From NCBI GenBank assembly GCA_963733195.1, contig CAVTCR010000033.1, positions 32,001-96,000 of the forward strand: a DNA stretch of 64,000 nucleotides. Reading direction: 5' to 3'. Positions 52,852 through 63,614 of the stretch are shown here, in pieces. How positions within the stretch are numbered: position 1 is the first letter of the stretch; the number at the start of each line of letters is the position of its first letter. A program made the position numbers and the translations under genes. The notes beneath the pieces were generated by a model that was not told the DNA's origin, searched no databases, and saw only the letters and a list, made by a program, of their open reading frames with translations. This DNA is from an uncultured delta proteobacterium (GTDB lineage: Bacteria; Desulfobacterota; Binatia; Bin18).

Positions 52852-53514
52852 ATGATCACGACAATCATCTTTGATGCTGAAGGGGTTGTATTTGATAGTG
52901 AACCAGTGTGGGATCGCGCGCAGGTGGAATTCCTGCGACGTCGGAGAATTATCTACAAAAGAGAACAACTTAAACCTTTGCTTACAGGAAGGTCGCTAAT
53001 CGAAGGCGTCCGCGTCATGCAGGAAATGTACGGGTTCCCCGGAAAGCCAGAGATACTAGCGCAAGAACGTCTCGCTATAGTCAAGGAATTTCTCGGAGTC
53101 GGCGTGAATTTTGTCGAAGGCTTTCTGGATTTTTACGAACAAATACAGAAAAAATATAAAGCTTGCATTGCGACTGCGATGGATCGTACTTTATTTCGAG
53201 AAGTAGAAAATTCTTTAAATTTACGCAAGCTCTTTTTGGAAAACATATTTTTTATCGACGATGTTCATGGGAAAGGAAAACCTCAGCCTGATATTTTTCT
53301 CCATGCTGCGGAACGACTTCAATCCCTAGTTGAGGAATGTCTTGTTATTGAGGATGCTCCTTTAGGAATTGAGGCAGCACGAAGAGCTGGTATGCGATGT
53401 ATCGCATTAACTACGACCTATGAACGGACGAGGTTGCAAGATGCTGACGTAGTTGTTGACAGATTTTCTCAGATGATAAAAGGGAACGCGTTAATTATTG
53501 GCGATCAAGATTAA
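52852..53514 (+). CDS. HAD-superfamily phosphatase
   Basis: IFDAEGVVFDSE, GKPQPDIF, IEDAPLGIEAA. Confidence 0.9.
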   Translation: MITTIIFDAEGVVFDSEPVWDRAQVEFLRRRRIIYKREQLKPLLTGRSLIEGVRVMQEMYGFPGKPEILAQERLAIVKEFLGVGVNFVEGFLDFYEQIQKKYKACIATAMDRTLFREVENSLNLRKLFLENIFFIDDVHGKGKPQPDIFLHAAERLQSLVEECLVIEDAPLGIEAARRAGMRCIALTTTYERTRLQDADVVVDRFSQMIKGNALIIGDQD

Positions 53515-53546
53515 AAATCCCAATCCAAAAAAGGCATTATAAACCA

Positions 53547-54518
53547 TCAACATTTATTTTCTTGAATTGTTTTGCGTGCGCGTGCGCGTTCGAGGTCCAT
53601 CTCAGTTTTAATTCCTAACGCATTAAGAGCGGTATTCGCTTCTTCCAAGGACGTACTTGACGCAACGGTTCGCGCTAGGCGTGCTACGGATTCAAACACA
53701 GTTGACGGGGTGAGGTAGAATGTAAGGGTGGCTAGAGGGGTGAGTTTCACCGTACGCTCATCGTAGCGAATCTTTGCCTCACCCCATGCTCCTTTGGCAC
53801 AGCGAAGAGGGATCGCACTAGCTTCTGTTGGTACTTTCTCAATGACATCTTCGAGTTCGCAAACAATCTGTGGTGTCAGTGCTGACGCTCCGAGAAATCC
53901 GCCTGCCTCGGCGACGTGGGCTAGGGCACGTTCGATCTCATCTGTTGTCAGCTCTCCATCACTGCCGTAGCCGAAGACCCCCCAAATGGCAGGAACCCCC
54001 TTCCTCTCCAGTTCGGTAAACGCCGCAAGCATAACAGCATCAGCGAGAGGACTACGTAATCCTGCTTCTCCACCATAAGCGAGTGAATCTCCTCCCACAT
54101 CAATTCCGACAATCAGATCTATACCAAGAGTAGATATAGCAGCTTCCAGACCAGCGATCGCCCCAGCCGCACCTCCGTTGATGTCGATGTGTACCACTTC
54201 CCAGCCGTACAACGCAGCCATCTCGGTTTCAGTGAAACGCACGCCGGTGTGAGAATGGGTAGTGCCGTTCACCATCCATGCGTAAGGATGCAGAACGCGA
54301 ACATTTCTCACTTCAAGTAATCCTCTCGGACCAGGAAGAGGATCGTAGACAAACCGCTCCCATGGTAATCCCCCGAGCGTGAAGCGTAAGCCGCAGAACT
54401 CCAGAAATCGTGCAGTGGCGAGAGCCCCAACGACATCACCACCGCCACCAACTCCAATCACCAAAGCGTGCGAGCCACGCTGGAGCAATGTTTCGAGAGT
54501 TTTTGGTGTTTGCTTCAT
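53547..54518 (-). CDS. DUF1152 family protein
   Basis: GGGGD, DVGGDSL..E.GLRSPLAD, GYGSDGEL. Confidence 0.85.
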   Translation of the reverse strand: MKQTPKTLETLLQRGSHALVIGVGGGGDVVGALATARFLEFCGLRFTLGGLPWERFVYDPLPGPRGLLEVRNVRVLHPYAWMVNGTTHSHTGVRFTETEMAALYGWEVVHIDINGGAAGAIAGLEAAISTLGIDLIVGIDVGGDSLAYGGEAGLRSPLADAVMLAAFTELERKGVPAIWGVFGYGSDGELTTDEIERALAHVAEAGGFLGASALTPQIVCELEDVIEKVPTEASAIPLRCAKGAWGEAKIRYDERTVKLTPLATLTFYLTPSTVFESVARLARTVASSTSLEEANTALNALGIKTEMDLERARARKTIQENKC

Positions 54519-54646
54519 GGCCAGAGCGTTTCGCGTGGAACAGTCGTAAGTAGTAGGTTAACTATCTAAATGTGAAGTCTTACTTTTATAAATGTTAAAA
54601 TAATTCGCTGTTTTCGTAATATATGGAAAAAATGTAAGAGCAAATC

Positions 54647-55258
54647 TCACTCGTGGATATATACGAAGGTACCAAGTGAAACCATCTTTTCAAATTCTTT
54701 CAGATCGGCATTGAGTAGCGAAATACATCCAAGAGTCCAATTGATTTTCGCGCGATTGAACGCCTCTCGATCGCTACCATGGATACCAACTGCGCCGCCA
54801 ATGCCAGGCCCCTCACGTTTGTGGCCAGGAACCGTTCCTAATGACAATCCTTGCCGGTAGCGGCGGGCATCTTCTTCTGATGGGTAGTCGATTAGCATGA
54901 ATCGCCACCAGCGCGGGTGTGGGTCTTTATCGATGATAGTATAGAGGCCATTCGGAGTACGTCGGTCCCCTTGATACAGCTTACGTCCAGGTTTTCTGCC
55001 TAGGACGACTGGAAAAGTCCGAACCAATTTCCCATAGTTATAGACATTGAGTGTTTGGCACGTCTTGTTAACTGTGACGAGCACTTGCTCTTCCTGTCCC
55101 CAGGGAAGAGATATTTCGTGATCTACCCGATCAAAGACCTCCACTCGTGGGGGAGCCTCTTCGGCTAACCGAGGAGTGGGTTTGGTGGGGGTACAGTTTG
55201 CTACGGAAAAGAAGAAGAAAAAAATCCAGGATATGCGCCGCACCAGCGTCAACCTCAC
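54647..55258 (-). CDS. YkuD-type L,D-transpeptidase, probable lipoprotein
   Basis: GDRRTPNG.Y, IDYPS, VGIHG, WTLGCISL; hydrophobic stretch ending VANC; start codon inferred. Confidence 0.85.
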   Translation of the reverse strand: MRLTLVRRISWIFFFFFSVANCTPTKPTPRLAEEAPPRVEVFDRVDHEISLPWGQEEQVLVTVNKTCQTLNVYNYGKLVRTFPVVLGRKPGRKLYQGDRRTPNGLYTIIDKDPHPRWWRFMLIDYPSEEDARRYRQGLSLGTVPGHKREGPGIGGAVGIHGSDREAFNRAKINWTLGCISLLNADLKEFEKMVSLGTFVYIHE

Positions 55259-55363
55259 CCGAGTTATTATTGAGAAAAACGACCAACTCCGCAACTGTGC
55301 TGCGGCCTTGCTCGGGTGCGACGAAGACGATTTAATGCAAGGAACGTTTCTTGGGAGTGTGGG

Positions 55364-56161
55364 GTGGCAAGAGAAAAAGCCATCGGTATTTTTGACTCTG
55401 GTATCGGTGGATTGACAGTCCTCCAGCAAATTGCGCGACTTCTACCGCACGAGACCCTTGTGTACCTTGGGGACACGGCACGTTCCCCGTACGGAACCAA
55501 GTCTCCTGATGTGGTCCGAGCATATTCATGTGAGAACACCGACTTCTTACTTGAACGCGGACTGAAAATGCTGGTGGTGGCGTGCAATACGGCTTCCGCA
55601 GTTGCCCTCGACGTCTTACGGGAGCGCTACGAGATTCCCGTAGTTGGAGTCATTGATCCGGGCGCGCGTGCAGCGATACGTCGAAGCAGGAATGGCCATA
55701 TCGGTGTGATTGGGACGGAAGCGACCATTGCCAGCGGTGCGTACACGCATGCGCTCCGAGAGTTAGACCCTGAGGTTGAGGTGTATTCCCGAGCCTGCCC
55801 GATGTTTGTTCCATTGGTAGAAGAGGGGTGGGTGGATAACGAAGTCACGCGTGGAGCAGTGGCTCGCTATCTCAGGAGTCTGAAACAAAGTGCCATTGAT
55901 ACTCTCGTGCTCGGCTGTACGCACTATCCACTATTGAAGAAGAGTATTACCGAGTTCCTTGGAGCGCAGGTTGGGCTGGTCGACTCGGCAGAAGAAACAG
56001 CGAAGGTTGTGAAAGCGACACTGCTCAGCTACGGTTTGATTCGACGCAAAGGGAGCGGTGGTGCCAGTTTTTTCGTCACCGACGTTCCCGATCGCTTTGT
56101 GAAAGTCGGCGCACGCTTCCTTGGTGAGCAGATTGAGTCTGCGGTGCGAATTGAGCGTTAA
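55364..56161 (+). CDS. murI: Glutamate racemase
   Basis: IGIFDSGIGGLTV, PYGTKS, VACNTAS, LGCTHYP. Confidence 0.97.
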   Translation: MAREKAIGIFDSGIGGLTVLQQIARLLPHETLVYLGDTARSPYGTKSPDVVRAYSCENTDFLLERGLKMLVVACNTASAVALDVLRERYEIPVVGVIDPGARAAIRRSRNGHIGVIGTEATIASGAYTHALRELDPEVEVYSRACPMFVPLVEEGWVDNEVTRGAVARYLRSLKQSAIDTLVLGCTHYPLLKKSITEFLGAQVGLVDSAEETAKVVKATLLSYGLIRRKGSGGASFFVTDVPDRFVKVGARFLGEQIESAVRIER

Positions 56162-56253
56162 ACAGCTACGCTTTTGCTGCCGATGGATGTACAATAGTAC
56201 CGACCTCACGCAGCTTCCTGCCAGAGAATTTGTAAGGGGGTAGAGAAAAAACC

Positions 56254-59200
56254 ATGTTCAGCGCCTTACTACGTAAGCTCATCGGCAGCAAGAACGACCG
56301 AGAGCTGAAAAGGATCCGTTCGTTGGTAGCAGAAATCAATCAGTTCGAGCCGGAACTCACCAGTCTTGATATGGATGGGTTGCGAGCAAAAACTGACGAG
56401 TTCCGCAAACGTATTGCTGAAGCTACACAAGCTGCGCGAACCCAGTTTGCGGATGCACTGGAGCAAAGTCGTAACGCCGAGGACGAAGAGGTACGCGTGC
56501 AATGGCAAGAGGAGAGCGAGAAGTACGAAAAGGAAGTGCGCCAAGCTGAAGCTGACGCCCTAACCGAAATCTTGCCGCACGCCTTTGCTGTTGTTCGGGA
56601 GACTTCACGCCGAGTGACTGGAATGCGGCATTTCGATAGTCAAATGCTCGGTGGTGTCGTTTTGCACCAGGGAAAAATCGCCGAGATGAAAACCGGTGAA
56701 GGGAAGACTTTGGTGGCGACGTTGCCACTGTATCTCAACGCACTTTTAGGACGTGGTGCTCATCTGGTGACCGTCAATGATTACCTGGCGCGACGAGACG
56801 TACAGTGGATGGGACCAATTTATCACGCGCTCGGGCTCTCGGTTGCTTCGATTGTGCACGATACCAGTTTCCTCTTTGATCCGACCTATCTGGTCAAAGA
56901 CTATCGGTACATTAATCTGCGCCCGATCGACCGGAAGGAGGCATATCTTGCAGACATCACGTACGGGACGAACAATGAGTTCGGGTTTGATTACCTGCGC
57001 GACAACATGAAATTCAGCCTCGACGACTATGTGCAGCGTGAACTGCAGTTCGCCATCGTTGATGAGGTCGACAATATTCTGGTTGATGAAGCTCGGACTC
57101 CGCTGATCATTTCTGGACCGGCAGAGGAATCAACGCAAAAGTATTACAGTCTCAATCGAGTGATCCCACGACTACAGAAAGAAATTGATTACGCGATCGA
57201 TGAGAAACTACGGACGGCCACCCTCACAGAAGAAGGTATTGCCAAAGTCGAACGCCTCTTGGGTGTGAAAAACCTCTACGACCCATCTGAAATCGGCACT
57301 CTCCATCATGTGAACCAAGCCCTCAAGGCGCATGCCGTGTTCCGTCGCGACGTTGATTACGTCATCAAAGACGGAGAAGTCATTATCGTCGATGAATTCA
57401 CCGGTCGGTTGATGCCAGGGCGGCGCTGGTCCGATGGGCTGCATCAAGCGGTCGAGGCCAAAGAGGGCGTGCGTATTCGTGAGGAGAACCAGACGCTGGC
57501 GACCATCACGATTCAGAATTACTTCCGCATGTACAAAAAGTTGGCCGGGATGACGGGGACAGCAGATACGGAATCCGTCGAGTTCAAGAAGATTTATAAT
57601 CTTGATGTGGTAGTGATCCCTCCAAATAAGAAAATGGTTCGGATCGATCATCCTGACGTAGTATATAAGTCGGAACGCGAGAAATTTGACGCTGTTATTA
57701 ACGACATCACTGAATGTCATGGACGTGGCCAGCCGGTTCTTGTCGGGACGATCTCTGTCGAGAAATCTGAGCATCTCAGCAAATTGCTCAAGAAAAAGGG
57801 CATCAAGCACAGTGTACTCAACGCGGTAAATCACGAAGCTGAGGCGAACATTATTGCTCAGGCCGGACGCTTCGAGGTTGTGACAATTGCAACCAATATG
57901 GCTGGGCGCGGGACGGACATCTTGCTGGGTGGAAACCCGGAGTTCCTCGCGCGCGCGGAAATCGAAAAGCAATGGGTGAACACGAAACTCGGGACTGGAG
58001 CCACAAACGCAAATCAGACAACAAAGAGTTACGAAGAAAGCTTGGAGGAGCTACGTGCGGAGTACAATGAAGCTGTCAGCCAGGCACGGCAGAAGTACGA
58101 AAAAGAATGGCTGCCGTTTGAAGATGCGCGCAATGTTGCACTGAAACGTATGACGGAAACGTATCGTCCGTTTCTTCACGCCTCATGGCAAAAGGCAAAG
58201 TCTGAGTATGAAGAATTTGGTCCCCGTCTCGACGCGCTTAACGGAGGAGGCATTGAGCCTCCTCTCTTGGCACGTTATGGAGAGGCCCGACTCGCGTATG
58301 AACATGCACTGACTGAATACGATAAAGTCATTGGTCCGGCGTTGACTGAAGACCAAATGCATGAATTCGAGACCGCTCGCACTGAGTATGTGTCGGTTCT
58401 TGAAAGTAACGGTGGGACGGTGAAAGAGGCTCGCTTTGACACCGTGCGTGGTCGCTATGAGAAGCTACTGGGGAATTATAGCCGAGCCGTGTTGCGCCTG
58501 ACAGAAGGACAGATGAGTGACAATGGAGAAGTCGGGCGGCAATACGAAGAGGCGCGCGACGCCTACGAAGGGGCGGTGCGCGCGTACGAAGAAGCGGAGC
58601 ATCACTACGAAGAGAAACACAAGCCGTATGAAGAGGCACTGGCTGCGGCCGAACGGGCATATGAAGAGCAGCGTCGTGAGCGTGTGAAGGCGGTTGAGGA
58701 GGTCCGTGCTCAACTTGAGAAAGCTCCGGATCTGTATAAGCAGCTCTATGATGAGGTCTTGGAGAAATATCAAAAGATTTGTGCCGAAGAGCGAGAAAAA
58801 GTCGTTGTTGCGGGAGGGTTGCATATTCTCGGAACGGAACGTCACGAGGCACGCCGCATCGATAATCAATTGCGAGGGCGAGCGGGACGACAAGGAGATG
58901 CTGGCTCGTCCCGTTTCTACTTGTCATTAGAAGATGATCTCTTGCGTATCTTCGGTGCTGAGCGGATTCAGCGAGTCATGGATCGCTTGGGGATGGAAGA
59001 AGGAGAACCTATCGAACACCGTCTTGTCACCCGTGCGATTGAAAATGCCCAGAAGCGTGTTGAATCCCACAACTTCGATATCCGCAAGCATCTGTTGGAG
59101 TATGACGATGTGATGAATAAGCAGCGGGAAGTGATTTACCAACAGCGGCGTGGATTCTTAGCCGGTGAAAATCTCAAAACAGAAGTGCTAGGAATGGTTG

Positions 59201-59835
59201 AAGACCTCGCTGATCAAACCGTAGCGAATTATGCGAACGATACTTCATCTCCTGAAGAGTGGGACTGGAAAGCGTTTGATGATGCGCTCTTCCGACAGTT
59301 CAACTGTCGCTTGTCTCTCAGTTCGGAAGAACGGGAGGCTCATACACCAGACTCGCTGACCACATTTGTTCAAGACTCCGTGTTGCGGACGTACGAAGCT
59401 AAGGAACGCAACTTCACCCCAGAGGTGATGCGTTATCTTGAGAAGATGATTCTTCTGCAGACAATGGATGGGTTGTGGAAAGATCACTTGCTGTCCATGG
59501 ACCATCTGAAAGAAGGGATCGGCCTGCGAGGATATGCGCAACGGAATCCTTTGCAAGAGTATCAAAAAGAAGCGTTCGCGATGTTTGAGGCGCTCTCGCA
59601 ACGTATGCAGGAAGATGTTGTAGAAAAGCTCTTTACCGTACAGATTGCACGGCAAGAGGATGCCCAGCGTATCGAGCCTCGTCCAATGCCGCAGCGACAA
59701 GTTGTAATGAGCCACGGTGGAGCGGCGATACAATCGCAGCCCGCACAACTTAAGCGCGAAGCCCCCAAAGTCGGACGCAATGATGTCTGTCCGTGTGGTA
59801 GCGGGAAGAAGTTTAAAAAATGTCACGGAGCGTGA
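56254..59835 (+). CDS. secA: Preprotein translocase ATPase SecA, 1193 aa, with large insertions
   Basis: [42 protein letters not shown]-terminal [18 protein letters not shown]. Confidence 0.98.
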   Translation: MFSALLRKLIGSKNDRELKRIRSLVAEINQFEPELTSLDMDGLRAKTDEFRKRIAEATQAARTQFADALEQSRNAEDEEVRVQWQEESEKYEKEVRQAEADALTEILPHAFAVVRETSRRVTGMRHFDSQMLGGVVLHQGKIAEMKTGEGKTLVATLPLYLNALLGRGAHLVTVNDYLARRDVQWMGPIYHALGLSVASIVHDTSFLFDPTYLVKDYRYINLRPIDRKEAYLADITYGTNNEFGFDYLRDNMKFSLDDYVQRELQFAIVDEVDNILVDEARTPLIISGPAEESTQKYYSLNRVIPRLQKEIDYAIDEKLRTATLTEEGIAKVERLLGVKNLYDPSEIGTLHHVNQALKAHAVFRRDVDYVIKDGEVIIVDEFTGRLMPGRRWSDGLHQAVEAKEGVRIREENQTLATITIQNYFRMYKKLAGMTGTADTESVEFKKIYNLDVVVIPPNKKMVRIDHPDVVYKSEREKFDAVINDITECHGRGQPVLVGTISVEKSEHLSKLLKKKGIKHSVLNAVNHEAEANIIAQAGRFEVVTIATNMAGRGTDILLGGNPEFLARAEIEKQWVNTKLGTGATNANQTTKSYEESLEELRAEYNEAVSQARQKYEKEWLPFEDARNVALKRMTETYRPFLHASWQKAKSEYEEFGPRLDALNGGGIEPPLLARYGEARLAYEHALTEYDKVIGPALTEDQMHEFETARTEYVSVLESNGGTVKEARFDTVRGRYEKLLGNYSRAVLRLTEGQMSDNGEVGRQYEEARDAYEGAVRAYEEAEHHYEEKHKPYEEALAAAERAYEEQRRERVKAVEEVRAQLEKAPDLYKQLYDEVLEKYQKICAEEREKVVVAGGLHILGTERHEARRIDNQLRGRAGRQGDAGSSRFYLSLEDDLLRIFGAERIQRVMDRLGMEEGEPIEHRLVTRAIENAQKRVESHNFDIRKHLLEYDDVMNKQREVIYQQRRGFLAGENLKTEVLGMVEDLADQTVANYANDTSSPEEWDWKAFDDALFRQFNCRLSLSSEEREAHTPDSLTTFVQDSVLRTYEAKERNFTPEVMRYLEKMILLQTMDGLWKDHLLSMDHLKEGIGLRGYAQRNPLQEYQKEAFAMFEALSQRMQEDVVEKLFTVQIARQEDAQRIEPRPMPQRQVVMSHGGAAIQSQPAQLKREAPKVGRNDVCPCGSGKKFKKCHGA

Positions 59836-59869
59836 CCTCAGGGAAACGACAAGAAGAGGGGAGAAGCGG

Positions 59870-61079
59870 ATGAAAGTGAAGGTGGAGAAGAGACCGATTG
59901 TGATTCCAGGATTTCGCTTTGCGGGAGTTGCGTGTGGTCTTAAACCGAGCGGCAAGAAGGACTTAACACTACTGGTATCTGATGTGCCGGCTACTGCGGT
60001 GGCTGCGTTCACTACCAATCAGGTGAAAGCCGCGCCAGTGTTGGTTGGCCAAGAACAAATGAAATCCGGCCAAATACAAGCTGTGGTGGTTAATAGTGGA
60101 AATGCGAATGCCTCTACAGCACGGCCGGGATTGCAGCTTGCGCGTGATACGTGTGCATTCGTCGGACAAACGCTCGGTATTAGCGGCAAACTCGTGTTTC
60201 CTTCATCTACCGGGAAGATTGGCGTGTTGCCAGCGTGGGAAAAGATACAGGCAGGAATTCAAGCTGCAAGTGCCGCGCTTTCAGTACATGGGTTTTGGCC
60301 TGCACTCGCAGGGATCATGACCACCGATGCATTTCCGAAAGTGTCTACTCGTCAGCTTGTAATTGACGGTAAGCTGATCTCTATCGCTGGAATGGCCAAA
60401 GGGGCAGGGATGATCAATCCCAATATGGCGACTCTGCTGTGCTATGTCCTGACCGATGCCCGTATCGAGCGGTCCGCGCTGCAACAGGTGCTGGATGAGA
60501 TGCTACCTGATTCCTTCAATGCGATTTCGGTCGATGGTGATACCAGTACAAATGATACACTTTTGCTATTGGCGAACGGGGTTGCCAATAACAGTGAGAT
60601 TGGACGGAGTAGGAAAAGCTTGACGGTTTTCAAACAAGCGGTCGGAGATATCCTCCGAGAGCTTGCCCGACTTGTTGTGAAGGATGGAGAGGGAGCTACG
60701 CGTATAGTAGATGTCTTCGTACATGGTGCAAAGACCTCTGCAGATGCGGAACGAATCGCACGGTCAGTTGCTTACTCCCCACTGGTGAAGACTGCCTTCT
60801 TTGGTGGCGATCCGAATTGGGGACGCATCGCGTGCGCAGTAGGATATGCTGGAGGCGACAGTTAATCCTGATAAACTTGATCTCGCGATTGGGGATGTTC
60901 TGATCGGGAAAGATGGCATGAGTACGGGTCGAGAGAGCGAAAAACAAGCCGCACAAGTAATGCAACAAGCGGAATTTTCAGTCACGCTTAACCTTAATAT
61001 CGGTCGTGGGACGGCGCATGTCGTGACTTCTGATTTGTCAGTTGGCTATGTCCGGTTTAATTCTGCCTACTCTACGTAG
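59870..61079 (+). CDS. argJ: Ornithine acetyltransferase ArgJ (frameshift near 60854)
   Basis: NSGNANA, KGAGMINPNMATLL, VDGDTSTND, DPNWGRI; second frame ends DLSVGYVRFNSAYST. Confidence 0.93.
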
Positions 61080-61669
61080 ATTCCAAGAAGAGTTTCCTTC
61101 CTATCCCTAAACTAGAACGTAAAATTTGAATGAGAGCAGTTTTATGGTATGCTCCCTTGTGTAATATTGTGTAACATTGTTCGACTTTGTGACAAGCAGC
61201 TGAGATATTGCTCTGGCTTGTTCCATAAGTCGTTAATCAGAAAAGAAATCGATTTGGTTTCGAGTCGCGATAGTAGGCCCCTCTCATAGTGAAAAAATCT
61301 AAAGAGAACAAATGTAAAACCGAAGGATACAACAGAGACCTGAGGTGGATTTTTCGAGTTTTGATGCGAAGGAGTGGTGGTTCTGTAACGAATACAGGGG
61401 CCACCTACTGAAGCTCAACTAGACGGTCTGACTTCCTTCGTGTGATTGGTTTTTCTCTAGCCGAGAAGATGAGAAACCAAAGGGGACAGAGACTTCAAGC
61501 AAAGCCGCTTAAAGAAGTATTAGTAGTGTCGATCGATTTTCTGCAACGTAGCATTGCGATTGAGGTTGGCTACGCTTCTGTTGCGCAGGTATAAAGTGAG
61601 AAGAGAACGAAAAGAGAAAATGCTGTAGCGCAGATTTTTTCAGAGTTCCCCTACCACACTGGATCTTCC

Positions 61670-63520
61670 ATGTATCTCGAATTTTTTGGTTTTCGCGAAA
61701 AGCCGTTCAATGTTACTCCCGACCCGCGCCTTTTTTACAACAATCCGATTTATCAAGAGACGTACGCAGGTCTTCTCTACGGTATCCGCGAGCGTAAAGG
61801 TTTTATCTCGTTAATTGGTGAGGTTGGCACTGGCAAGACGACTCTACTCCGTAAACTCATGTCGGAGCTACGGGAACCTGTGCATTTTGTGTATCTTTGC
61901 TACACGACACTTACGTTTGAGGAGTTGCTTAGTTTCATATGTGCTGACCTTGGACTTGCCCTTGGCGAGAAAAGTCATCTTCAAATGATCCAAGCGCTGA
62001 ATGATTTTCTCCTGAACGTTTCTAAGGATGGGGGGACGGTGGTTCTGCTAGTTGATGAGGCCCAAAATTTAGCAGACGAGGTGCTAGAAAATCTACGACT
62101 GCTTTCGAATCTTGAAACTGCTAGTGAAAAATTGCTGCAGATCGTTCTGGTGGGCCAACCCGAGCTCGAACGAAAACTTGCTCAACCAAAGCTGCGGCAA
62201 CTCAAGCAACGTATCGCGATCCAAGGGCGACTCGGTCGCCTAAAAGAACGGGAAGTTGGGCCGTTTATATCGAGTCGACAGATGGCAGCTGGATACGAAG
62301 GAGAAGCGCTGTTTACGCCTGAGGCGATCCAGCGAATTGCGGTCTACTCAAAAGGAACGCCACGACTGATCAATGTCATTTGTGATAACGCACTGTTAGT
62401 AGCGTACAGCCTCAATCTGAAAAGTGTACAGGTCGAAGTGATTGAGGAGGTCGCTCGCGATCTCCAACTGAAGCAAGATATTCGCCCTTCGCGCCTGGAG
62501 GGATTAGCAGGGGAAGCCGGTGCAGAAGGGCGTTTGCCTGATGAAGGGGAAAACTTCATTAGTGGTGAATCTTCTATTGTGAACATGGCAGCTCGGGTCG
62601 CCGCAACAAGTACAGAAATTTATCCTCCCAAAAGAGCGTATTATCAGGAAAATGTGCAATCAAGTCGGCGTTTCTCTCGTATTCTTACAGGTGCCATCCT
62701 GGCACTTGCGCTTCTTGGTGGAGCCGGGGCCGCTATTTTTGCTGGGCAACATCCCCCTGGGTTTTTCGATGTTGCTACGAAAATAGGTGAATGGTTAAGG
62801 GCAGATCCCGATCCCGCGCTAGAGACTCAGGAAGAAGAAGAGGAAATCAAACCGTTTTCTCCAGTCCTTCCTCCCGTTGATCCAGCTCAAAATCAAATTC
62901 GCAGGGCAGGCGATGAGAGATTGGAAGATTCCACTCCCCTAGAGCAGCCCGGGAGTAGAGAAAAAGAAAGGCTGAGTTCTCAAGGAGAACCGAACCCTGA
63001 ACCAAAACCAGGCCCTACAGTGGCAGCTTCTCTCAGTTCGTGGAAAGATCGCCCCCTTCGGATTGAGTCGAAGATGACGGTCTTTGACTTAGTACTCAAA
63101 AACTACGGCACTTACAATATCCTCGCTGTCGACCTGATACAAGAAAATAATCCGCACCTCAAGAATCTCGAAAAGATCGTTGTCGGAGAGAAACTCTGGT
63201 TACCGCCATTAACACAAGAAACTTTGGTGCGAGAACAACCCGATGGAAAATATCAGCTCATCCTTGCGTCCTTCCGAAATAAACGGGAGGCTGAGCAGTT
63301 TGCACAAGGAGTGAAATCACAGGGATATGTAGTTACCGTAACCCCACGCAAAGTTGTCGAGAACCTCGTGGTGCAAAGAGTTGTGATTCAGGAATTGAAA
63401 GATTTTGATGAAGTGAAAAAGGCATGGGAGTTGGTCAATGTCAACAACGTGTTTTCAGGGAAACCTGCGCTAATAAAGAATAGCATTGCGACCCTAGAGC
63501 CGACAGTTGGGGCGAGGTAG
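61670..63520 (+). CDS. ExeA/GspA-family AAA ATPase with TM segment and C-terminal LysM/SPOR-like region
   Basis: MYLEFFGFREKPF, GEVGTGKT, VDEAQNL, GQPEL, GTPRLINVICD. Confidence 0.9.
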   Translation: MYLEFFGFREKPFNVTPDPRLFYNNPIYQETYAGLLYGIRERKGFISLIGEVGTGKTTLLRKLMSELREPVHFVYLCYTTLTFEELLSFICADLGLALGEKSHLQMIQALNDFLLNVSKDGGTVVLLVDEAQNLADEVLENLRLLSNLETASEKLLQIVLVGQPELERKLAQPKLRQLKQRIAIQGRLGRLKEREVGPFISSRQMAAGYEGEALFTPEAIQRIAVYSKGTPRLINVICDNALLVAYSLNLKSVQVEVIEEVARDLQLKQDIRPSRLEGLAGEAGAEGRLPDEGENFISGESSIVNMAARVAATSTEIYPPKRAYYQENVQSSRRFSRILTGAILALALLGGAGAAIFAGQHPPGFFDVATKIGEWLRADPDPALETQEEEEEIKPFSPVLPPVDPAQNQIRRAGDERLEDSTPLEQPGSREKERLSSQGEPNPEPKPGPTVAASLSSWKDRPLRIESKMTVFDLVLKNYGTYNILAVDLIQENNPHLKNLEKIVVGEKLWLPPLTQETLVREQPDGKYQLILASFRNKREAEQFAQGVKSQGYVVTVTPRKVVENLVVQRVVIQELKDFDEVKKAWELVNVNNVFSGKPALIKNSIATLEPTVGAR

Positions 63521-63614
63521 GGAAAAGAGCCGTATCGTTGTCGGTGGGGATTGATCTCTACGGTGTAACCGAGCGCCAAGAAGTGGCTCATCGGGAGCTA
63601 TAAGGGACACGAGG

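Noticed and set aside
57937-58800. Intein in SecA
   Set aside because: No Cys/Ser start with His-Asn end and no LAGLIDADG blocks; the composition is coiled-coil-like.
61566-61582. Sigma54 promoter upstream of the ExeA-like gene
   Set aside because: It reads GG-N10-GT rather than GG-N10-GC, which is too weak to call.
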